This document shows positions 39,006 to 47,600 of a DNA stretch of 64,000 nucleotides, in pieces. Origin of the DNA: Bacteroidota bacterium (GTDB lineage: Bacteria > Bacteroidota > Ignavibacteria > UBA10030 > UBA6906); the NCBI GenBank assembly GCA_031402435.1, contig JANNSJ010000049.1, positions 3,133 to 67,132 of the forward strand. Reading direction: 5' to 3'. Under the pieces are notes generated by a model. The model saw only the letters and a list, made by a program, of their open reading frames with translations, was not told where the DNA came from and ran no database searches. Within the stretch, counting starts at the first letter, position 1. Each line of letters starts with the position of its first letter. A program made the position numbers and the translations under genes.

Positions 39006-39832
39006 CAGCGAGACGAACCTTGTTGTTGTGTAAGCTCACCTGTACCTGTGGATCTGACAACATTCGACGGCTGGCTTGTAACGTGATTGATGCCCTGCAG
39101 TTCCTTGTTAATGGTTTCCTTGAGCTTATCCGCACGAGATTGGAGGACACTGTTGGGAAAACGATCGTAGAACTTCTGCAACGCCGTGCGGGCATCTTCA
39201 TACTTCTTGCGTGTGATAAGCACTTCCACCTTCCCAAGATAGGCAAGGGGGGCGAACTCCGTGTCGTGATACTTCTCGATGATATCGTCAAAGTAATAAA
39301 TTGATGACTTGTAATACTCCATCGTTTCGTAGAGACGGGCCGTCTCGTAGGTTTTTCTCGCAAGGCGTGTATTCATCTCCATGATTTTCGCGGAAGCCTC
39401 TTCTGCGCGCACACTTGAAGGATAGTATTCAACAAACGCCTGGAACTCATCGATCGCTTTTCTGGTGTATTGCTGGTCTAACATCGATGGCGGCGAGAGA
39501 TTGTAATACGAAAGTGCCAATTTGTACTGTGCCTCAGGCACAAGTGGGCTTGCGGGGTAGCTTCGTTTCAGGTAGCCATATTCTGTTGCTGCAACGAGGT
39601 ATTCTCCGCGGCGAAACCGGCATTCTGCAAGAAAGAACTGGGCCGAGTCTGCATAAGCGCTTCCTTGATGCTGCAGGGTAATGATCGTGAACTCATTGAT
39701 TGCATGGAGGTAGTCTTCATCATCCAACATTGCCATGGCCGTCCTGAAACGTTCCTCAACGTGAACTGTGGTTACCTCTTCGGATGAACCGCACCCATGC
39801 AATGCAAAAGCTCCAGCAAGGAGAGCCGTCAC
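39005..39832 (-). CDS. bamD: Outer membrane protein assembly factor BamD (TPR lipoprotein)
   Basis: Lipobox ALHGC. TPR helices. BamD/YfiO-like sequence. Confidence 0.8.
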   Translation of the reverse strand: MTALLAGAFALHGCGSSEEVTTVHVEERFRTAMAMLDDEDYLHAINEFTIITLQHQGSAYADSAQFFLAECRFRRGEYLVAATEYGYLKRSYPASPLVPEAQYKLALSYYNLSPPSMLDQQYTRKAIDEFQAFVEYYPSSVRAEEASAKIMEMNTRLARKTYETARLYETMEYYKSSIYYFDDIIEKYHDTEFAPLAYLGKVEVLITRKKYEDARTALQKFYDRFPNSVLQSRADKLKETINKELQGINHVTSQPSNVVRSTGTGELTQQQGSSR

Positions 39833-39843
39833 GACAAAGAGCT

Positions 39844-40914
39844 TTATCGAGCGCTCTGGTGTGCAAGAAATTGCGTTGATAATGCTTTTATCCTTTCAAG
39901 TATGAGATCAGAGTCCCGCCCGTTCCTCACAAACTCAGGCTGAAATCCGGCTTGCACGGGAAGACATGCGTAGGAAGATATTGTCGTGCCGTGAGCATCC
40001 TTCGTGAGCGTCGCTGCAAAGGCGAAGCTGCGTTGCGTCCAGAACCGGTCGGGTTGACGAAACACGAAATTGCCGAGTGAATGAACGATGTACTTCCCTT
40101 GGAATTCCTGGACGCCATACGGGACATGTGGGTGATGTCCCAGAAACAGGTCAGCGCCACCAGCAATGATCTGCTTTGCAAAAGTTTTCGTCCGGCGAGT
40201 GGGGCGATCGGCATATTCTTCTCCACCGTGATAGCTGACGACGATAAAGTCCACCGAATCCCGGACAGCCCGAATTCCGGGAAGGAGCTTTGTTGTGTCC
40301 GCTTCGGCAACATACCGTTTCCACATGGAGTCCTCAAAATTCATCACGTCCGTGCACGCGAAAAATGCAATCCGCATACCGTTCCGGTTAATGTACACTG
40401 GTGAAAAGAGATTCAACGTATCATCTGCCGTCCCGACATGGGACACGTGCACGTCATCAAGATATTGGATCGTCTCACGAAGGGCCTTCACGCCATAATC
40501 CAGCGCATGATTGTTCGCCGTCGACACGATTGTCACGCCCCCTTTTCGCAATGCATTTGCTCCAGCTGGCGGACCGGTAAAGATCAGATTATTGCGGGGA
40601 TGCTGTGTTTCCCCATCCTGATCAGAGAGTTGCGATTCAAGATTCGCGAACACAATATCATACCGGGCAAACGAATCTCGAACTGCTTTGAAGGGATACA
40701 GCGTGTCGCCTCGAATGATCTCCTGTCCAACACCTCTTCCCAGATTGATATCCCCGACCGCAAGAAGCCTCACAGTTGTAGTGTGTTGAGAGCCTTGAAG
40801 ATGTATTACACTTTTTGGGAGTGATGCCGGCTGGGTTTGGTCCGTTCGCAAGACAGCCATACTCAATACCAACACACTCATCAACCCACAACCCGCCAGC
40901 CATTGCATGGCCAT
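39844..40914 (-). CDS. CapA-family metallophosphatase (poly-gamma-glutamate synthesis CapA-like), secreted
   Basis: Signal peptide. VGDINLGRGVG ... HHPHV. Confidence 0.75.
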   Translation of the reverse strand: MAMQWLAGCGLMSVLVLSMAVLRTDQTQPASLPKSVIHLQGSQHTTTVRLLAVGDINLGRGVGQEIIRGDTLYPFKAVRDSFARYDIVFANLESQLSDQDGETQHPRNNLIFTGPPAGANALRKGGVTIVSTANNHALDYGVKALRETIQYLDDVHVSHVGTADDTLNLFSPVYINRNGMRIAFFACTDVMNFEDSMWKRYVAEADTTKLLPGIRAVRDSVDFIVVSYHGGEEYADRPTRRTKTFAKQIIAGGADLFLGHHPHVPYGVQEFQGKYIVHSLGNFVFRQPDRFWTQRSFAFAATLTKDAHGTTISSYACLPVQAGFQPEFVRNGRDSDLILERIKALSTQFLAHQSAR

Positions 40915-40926
40915 TAATCTTTCCCT

Positions 40927-41490
40927 TTAGCTCCTCACATGAAATAGCAAATACACTGCAACAGCTATCGCTCCCAACGCGGCCAATGGTTCGAGGATCG
41001 TTGAAAAGAACCCTTCCTTGGGAAGAACCCCATGTGTTGCGGCGATAGCGGGATTTTCCAATCGCTCGACTTCAGAAGCATCGACAATATCACTAACACT
41101 TCGGGCAATATTTTCGTTCAGGAGAATTGCGCCTGAATTCGCCTGAACAATTTTTACAAAGAATTCCACACTCACCGTGCGATCAAAAACCCTTGCTCCA
41201 AACAACCCGTTGCGATGAACATTTGCATACGCTACTTGCACCGTCAATATCGCAAGTTCCATCTCGTAGGAAGCAGAAAGAGACTGTGTAGGAATTCGAC
41301 CCTTTTCACTGACCGATTGCAGCACAATGCCCTGAACATACCAGGCAGTTTCCATTGGCCGAAGCGTGACCCGGACGGAGTCCGCAGGTTTTACAAATGA
41401 CACAACGGAATCACTCACCTGCCGGGTCAATGTTTGAATCAACTCCAGGTTCGTAGGTGCTCGCGACGACTCGTCCTCCTGGGCAACCAA
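40927..41490 (-). CDS. Hypothetical protein with C-terminal TM anchor (start uncertain)
   Basis: The ORF begins at TTG. The in-frame sequence upstream of it encodes a signal-peptide-like stretch (LQRTLIVFFALSFAVAILVAQ) with no canonical start codon. Confidence 0.4.
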   Translation of the reverse strand: MVAQEDESSRAPTNLELIQTLTRQVSDSVVSFVKPADSVRVTLRPMETAWYVQGIVLQSVSEKGRIPTQSLSASYEMELAILTVQVAYANVHRNGLFGARVFDRTVSVEFFVKIVQANSGAILLNENIARSVSDIVDASEVERLENPAIAATHGVLPKEGFFSTILEPLAALGAIAVAVYLLFHVRS

Positions 41491-41574
41491 TATCGCTACG
41501 GCAAACGAAAGAGCGAAGAAAACAATGAGTGTGCGTTGCAGATTATTCTCCGTTGCACTTACAAAATCAAAGAA

Positions 41575-42870
41575 TTACGCGTAGATGCCTCTGGTCTTGA
41601 GCGTCTTTGCCACTTTGTCAATGGCAAGAATGTATGCGCCAATGCGCATCGTGACTTTGTGCGTTGATGCCGTATCATAGACAGCCTCGAATGACGTACG
41701 CATCATGCGTTCGAGACGACGATTCACACGTTGAGCGCTCCAGAAGTAGCCTACTCTATCCTGCACCCATTCAAAGTACGACACCGTGACCCCGCCCGCG
41801 TTTGCGAGAATATCAGGAACCACCATGATCCCGCTACTTTGGAGAATCGGATCTGCACTTGCTACAGTTGGACCGTTGGCACCTTCGACGATGACCTTCG
41901 CATGAATTTTCTTTGCAACCTTGGGAGTGATTTGATCTTCCTTGGCTGCTGGAACCAACACATCACATTCACACGTAAGCAAATCCTCTTGTGATATCTT
42001 GTCGCCGCCCTTCCATCCGTCGAGAGTCTTGTGATTCGCGACGTATGCAATCGCCGCCTTGACGTCAATGCCGTTCTTGTTGTAGTACCCACCGGTAACG
42101 TCACTGATGGCAACGACCTTGCATCCTTGTTCTTCGAGCAGTTCCGCTGAGATCGATCCAACGTTCCCGAAGCCTTGCACGGCCACCCTCGAATCTTTTG
42201 CCGACATTTTCAACTTGTCAAGGGCACACAGCGTATTGACCATGACGCCACGACCTGTCGCTTCCCGACGTCCCAACGAACCTCCGATGATCAGAGGCTT
42301 CCCAGTAACAACAGCATTCTCCGTTCGCCGTACATGCATGCTGTACGTATCCATGATCCATGCCATGGTTTGCTCGTTGGTATTCATGTCCGGTGCCGGA
42401 ACATCCTTGTTTGGCCCGAAGACGTCCATCATGTTGGCGGTATAACGTCTGGTAATCTTTTCGATTTCAATAATCGTGAGTTTCGAAGGATCGCAACGCA
42501 CGCCTCCCTTTGCGCCGCCAAAGGGAATGTTCACGACCGCACATTTCCATGTCATCCACGCCGCAAGAGCTTTCACCTCATCAAGGCTGACATCGGGGGA
42601 ATACCGGATCCCGCCTTTGGAGGGGCCCATAACGTCATTGTGAATGACACGATATCCCTCAAATACCTGAATACGCCCATCGTCCATTTGAATTGGGATG
42701 GACACGATCACTTGCTTCACCGGCGTCTTGAGATACTCATACACTCCACGGTTGAGGCCAAGGATATCGGCAGCAACGTCGAATCGCTTCATCATTGATT
42801 CCAAGGGGTTCTCTCGATCCATCATTGGGGCCGGTTCCTTGTAGGCGTTATTGTGTTGATGAGCATCCAT
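41575..42870 (-). CDS. gdhA: Glutamate dehydrogenase (Glu/Leu/Phe/Val dehydrogenase family)
   Basis: GGAKGG, NAD(P) Rossmann GFGNVG. Start chosen at MDAHQHN. Confidence 0.9.
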   Translation of the reverse strand: MDAHQHNNAYKEPAPMMDRENPLESMMKRFDVAADILGLNRGVYEYLKTPVKQVIVSIPIQMDDGRIQVFEGYRVIHNDVMGPSKGGIRYSPDVSLDEVKALAAWMTWKCAVVNIPFGGAKGGVRCDPSKLTIIEIEKITRRYTANMMDVFGPNKDVPAPDMNTNEQTMAWIMDTYSMHVRRTENAVVTGKPLIIGGSLGRREATGRGVMVNTLCALDKLKMSAKDSRVAVQGFGNVGSISAELLEEQGCKVVAISDVTGGYYNKNGIDVKAAIAYVANHKTLDGWKGGDKISQEDLLTCECDVLVPAAKEDQITPKVAKKIHAKVIVEGANGPTVASADPILQSSGIMVVPDILANAGGVTVSYFEWVQDRVGYFWSAQRVNRRLERMMRTSFEAVYDTASTHKVTMRIGAYILAIDKVAKTLKTRGIYA

Positions 42871-43007
42871 ATTCAAACAACAGCTCCTTTCACTCGATGG
42901 TTGGGATAGAACTTTGTTCGTGCCTCTGCGCAAAAAACGTAACTCCAACTTACTGAAATTGAAGATGATATTCAAGAATGGTGAACAATAGCTTTGGGAG
43001 GCGGGAA

Positions 43008-43862
43008 CTATCTGGAAGTGAACCCAATTCGGTTGAGTTCCTTCAAAAGGAGGGTTGGATCTTCATCCAAAAAGTGTCTGGAAAACCTGCGGGCGCGGCG
43101 CACTTCATGGTCATCAATCTCAGCAATAAGCATGTCTTCGTCAAATAGTTTTGCTGAACCGATGACGCTCCCATCCGGGGCTATAATGCTTGAGCCTCCC
43201 CAGAAGTTTACGCCATCTTCGTAGCCCACACGATTACAAAACACGACGTATGACGAGAGCAAGCGTGCGTAGGCTTTATGATTTTCAGAATTAATAATTG
43301 CAGTTTGCAGCTCTTGTTCATTTCCGCCCAGGCGTGTCGGGCTGGCAACGAGCGCAATGATGATCTGTGCTCCATCATGTGCAAGAATGTATGGCAATGA
43401 CATGTGCCAAAGGTCTTCGCAGACCAGCACCCCAAGTTTTCCATGTTTCGATGCCGCAGGTTGTACAGTGTTTCCAGCAGTGAAATATCTCATCTCTTCA
43501 AACATCCCGTACGTCGGCAGGTACGCTTTGCGATGGGCAACCCTGACAGTACCATCTTCAAACAGAAACGCCGCGTTAAAAATGCGAAAGCCTTCGTCCT
43601 CTTCGACACCTCCGGCAAGAATGGAAATGGATTTGCTCATATCCACAAGCGCCTGAAGCCGGGAAGAATCACGGCCAAGATTGATGGCAAGATCCCAGTT
43701 CATGTCCTTGATAGAGTAGCCCGTGAGGCTAAGTTCGGGGAAAACCACCAAATCGGCTCCGAGCTCGCGTGCCTTGATTGCAATCTGAAGATGCTTCTGG
43801 ATATTGACGGCGAGATCGCCAAGCACTGAGTCAATCTGGGCTACAGCTATGGTGAATTTCAT
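43008..43862 (-). CDS. Carbon-nitrogen hydrolase family protein (nitrilase/amidase-like)
   Basis: MKFTIAVAQ ... VVFPELSLTGY ... catalytic C in GVLVCED. Confidence 0.8.
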   Translation of the reverse strand: MKFTIAVAQIDSVLGDLAVNIQKHLQIAIKARELGADLVVFPELSLTGYSIKDMNWDLAINLGRDSSRLQALVDMSKSISILAGGVEEDEGFRIFNAAFLFEDGTVRVAHRKAYLPTYGMFEEMRYFTAGNTVQPAASKHGKLGVLVCEDLWHMSLPYILAHDGAQIIIALVASPTRLGGNEQELQTAIINSENHKAYARLLSSYVVFCNRVGYEDGVNFWGGSSIIAPDGSVIGSAKLFDEDMLIAEIDDHEVRRARRFSRHFLDEDPTLLLKELNRIGFTSR

Positions 43863-43924
43863 ACGATTGAGTTGAGAAAGGGACGGGCTGCTACCAGGGT
43901 AACGCATGGCAAAGCAAGCATGCC

Positions 43925-44605
43925 TCACTCGGACAAATCAAACATCCGAATATCCTTGATGTATTGAACGGTCTTATCACTTTTCATGTCCTTCAACTTT
44001 GAAATCTTCTTTTCCATCCGGATAAGATTATCCTTGATGATCGACAAGTAAGTTTTGAGATTGTCCCCGTCATGATTCTTGAGCAACGAGTTCACGGTAT
44101 GCGTCATCCCATCAAGAGGCAGACGGATCTCGTTGGTAATGTTCAGGACGATTTCCTGAATTGCTTCAAGGCGCTTCTGCGTGATCTCAAGCGAGGTCAG
44201 CTGATTTTTGAGCTTTTGCCTTTCGATGACATTCAAGATGGTTTTTGGCAGTACCGGAGTCGAGATTTCTTCCTTGACAAGATAGTCTTCAACGCCAAGC
44301 TTCATTACTTCGACCGCCAAATCGAAATCCTTGTTTACTGTAAGAAATACTATCGGGACATTGATGCCACGCTCCTGAAGAACCCGGGTGATCTCCAATC
44401 CGTTCTGCCCGGGAAGAAAATAATCCATGAGAATAATATCAAATTCCCGCCCCTTTGCTATCTCGGCAAGTGCATCGGTGCCATTATCCTTCCAGGCAAC
44501 ATCGAATTTCTCTGGTTGGTGCTTCCGTAGAAAAAGGTCGACAAGTTTTGCAAAATCCCTGTTGTCTTCGACCAGAAGAATTTGAACCGAACGTTGTTCT
44601 TCCAT
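43925..44605 (-). CDS. Response regulator: REC domain plus C-terminal HisKA-like (DHp) domain lacking the phospho-accepting His
   Basis: REC domain (ILLVEDN ... ILMDYFLPG ... K). C-terminus ITNEIRLPLDGMTHTVNSLL resembles the H-box SHELRTPL with N in place of H. Confidence 0.7.
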   Translation of the reverse strand: MEEQRSVQILLVEDNRDFAKLVDLFLRKHQPEKFDVAWKDNGTDALAEIAKGREFDIILMDYFLPGQNGLEITRVLQERGINVPIVFLTVNKDFDLAVEVMKLGVEDYLVKEEISTPVLPKTILNVIERQKLKNQLTSLEITQKRLEAIQEIVLNITNEIRLPLDGMTHTVNSLLKNHDGDNLKTYLSIIKDNLIRMEKKISKLKDMKSDKTVQYIKDIRMFDLSE

Positions 44606-44644
44606 GTGTACCCTTTCCCCCGTTCTAACCGATGAGTATCAACT

Positions 44645-47600
44645 TCACGAGAGGTTGACCACTGATTGTGATTTTGGTATCGTAAAGTAGAATGTCGTCC
44701 CTTCGCCAAGCGTTGAGTCCAGCCAAATCCGCCCTCTGTGGTTCTCAACAATCTTCTTTACGATTGTCAGTCCCGCCCCGGTTCCACGAAATTCCTCGCT
44801 TCGTTGGAGCCGTTGGAAAATCATGAAGATGCGATCAAAATACTGTCCTTCAATCCCGATACCATTGTCAGCCACGGAGAATGTGAACTCTTCGGGATTT
44901 TGTTTGACATCAATAGTGATGCGTGGATCGGGCTTGGTGTTAAACTTCATTGCATTAGAGATCAAGTTCCTAAACACCATGCTCAACTGTGTGCGATCAT
45001 ACTGCACATTGGGGAGGTCGGGTGAAACAATGATCTGCACACCCTTCTCGGTCAGTGTGAATTGTAAGTCATGGATGATGTCTCTGACGGATTCTCCCAC
45101 TGACACCGTTTCTGTGGCTTCCGGTGTGCGACCGACCCTCGAAAGCGTAAGCAAGTCATCGATCAAACTTTTCATTCGGGCGGTGGATTGCACCACGGAC
45201 CCCAGATACTCCCTCCCGTCTTCATCAATCCGATCCTTGTAATCTTTAAGAAGGATCTTGCTATACCCATCAATACTGATGAGCGGCTCTTTAAGGTCAT
45301 GGGACACTACATACGTAAAGTCATCGAGTTCTTTGTTTCTATTCTGGATTTCGATGGACTTGTTGATCGTGTCTTCATACAGCATTGCTTTATCGAGCGC
45401 AATTTCGGTCAAATTAGCAATACTTTCCAAGAGACGCAAGTGCGTTTCAGTATAGAGGTCGCGTGTGGAATGTGAGAGTGAAAGCACTCCGACAACCTTC
45501 TGTTTTGATCTGACTGCAACGGCCATCATGCAGCAACTTTTCAGTTCATCATCCTCAACCTGACCCAGCCACGGGTTGCCGTGTTGTACTGTGCCTGCGT
45601 ACTGGGAGTCCTGAACTTGAATGGCTTTCGGGGATTCGATTGCAGTACGATAGTAGTGCTGCTCACCATGCAGTACTTCGAATACCGTTGTAAGTGTGTT
45701 GTGTTGATCGGAGTAACTTACGTAGGTAAATCGCTCCACAGGAATTGCGCGTGACACTTCGGCATGGACAACTTCGAGAAGTGTCTGCGGGTCGAGTGCA
45801 CCGGTCAACCCCTTGCCAATCATGTACAACGAGGTGATGCGCTGGACCTGGTCCTGGACTTCTTTGTAGAGCACGGCATTCTCAATGGCAGGGCCGATTT
45901 GGTTTCCGATCAACAGCAACAATTGCTGCTCCTGTGCATCGAACTCGTGCGGGCCTGCAAACGCGACATCCATTGCACCAAGGACTTTATCCTTTGATTG
46001 AAGCGGAATGGCAGCAAGGCTGTCGATTCCCAATGTCTTGAACACTATGCGGCCGCTTGCTGTAACCCGTTCGTCAGAGGCGAGGCCCTGCCTGATGAGC
46101 AGTGGTTTGCGTTGAGAAATCGCTGTTCCCGAGATGCTCGTGGATGCGGGCAATACGGCAATGCTCGATACAAGCTGATCGGGCAAACCAAGCGAGCGTG
46201 ACAATACGAGTTCATCCCTGCGCTGATCGCGGAGATAAAACAGCACCATGTCTGCACCTACGATGTCTTTAATCTGCTCCGCCGCAACCCGAAGCACCTC
46301 ATTGAGGTGTAGTGACTTACTAATCGAAGTTGAAATGGCATTGAGTGCTACCAATTCCTTGTTTCGCCGTTTTATTTCGGCCTCTGTCCGTTTGATGTCC
46401 GTAATGTCGGTGTGCGCAAACACAAGTCCCGTGACTCTGCCATTGATGACCATCGGGTTGAGGGCAATATGATAGGTTCGCTGTTCGCCATTCCAACGGA
46501 TTTCATATTCCTGGGAATAGTATTCAAGTTTCCCGTCAAACAGTTGAGGCATCACCTTCTCAAATGAGGAACGCAATTCGGGCTGAGGAATAATCTCCCA
46601 CAGGTTCTTGCCGATGAGTAAGTTTTCATCTTTATACTCCTCCAACCCCAGCCGGATGGCAAATTCACGCCACGCTTTGTTGACTTCTGTGATGCGGTGG
46701 AACTGATCCACCGTATAGACAACGCTGTTAATTGAGTTGAGCAAGTTGTGAATGTACTTGCTATCATCGCTCACTCGTTGGAACAGCCGTACGCGGTCAA
46801 TCATTGCCCCGATTTGGTCTGCAATCGGCTGGAGATATCCCAATTCTTCAAGTGTGAATGCATTGCGCCGTACACTCGTTACGTTGAATGTTCCCAGCAC
46901 ACGTTCGTTGACGAATATTGGAATGCTGATCTGTGACTCGAAACCTTCCGCCACAGAAGTTGTGTGTGCTCCAAGTTCTTCGTGCGAGGCAAGATGTCCG
47001 ATAACGACCCCATGCTGGCGGGCAATGGCGAGTTTGGAGACAGTATTCTCGACGGGCACCATTTCCCCGAGCGGAATGGACTTGCCGATGGGGCTATGAC
47101 ACGCGTACACCGTAATGTGCGTACCTTCGTCAGAGAGCAATCCTACATTGATCTGATCATAGGGGACAAGATTGAACACCTCAGCAGAGAGCGTTGCAAA
47201 TATCTCATTGAAATCAATTGTTGCATTTGCCTTGCTGATGATGCGGTTGAGGAGTTCAATCTGGCTGTTCTTCTTCTCGAGCTCCAGCGCAAGTCGCTTG
47301 CGATCCGAAATGTCACGGGCGATGTTGAGCATTGCAACGGGTTCACCAAGCGCGTTGCGCAGCAATGTTGTATTCAAACTCATGGCAACGCTCTCGCCCT
47401 CATTTTTTCGCCATGTCATATCAAAGTCGCGTAACTCGTTCATTTCACGGAGCGCCGCGATCCATGTAACGAACCTGGCCATCTCCTCTTCCACAAGCCA
47501 CGGGTACGGGAAATCCATGCCAAGGACCTTGCTGCGCTGGAAGCCGGTGATGCGTGAGAATTCCCGGTTCACTTCCCATACCTTGCCCTGAAGATCACAA

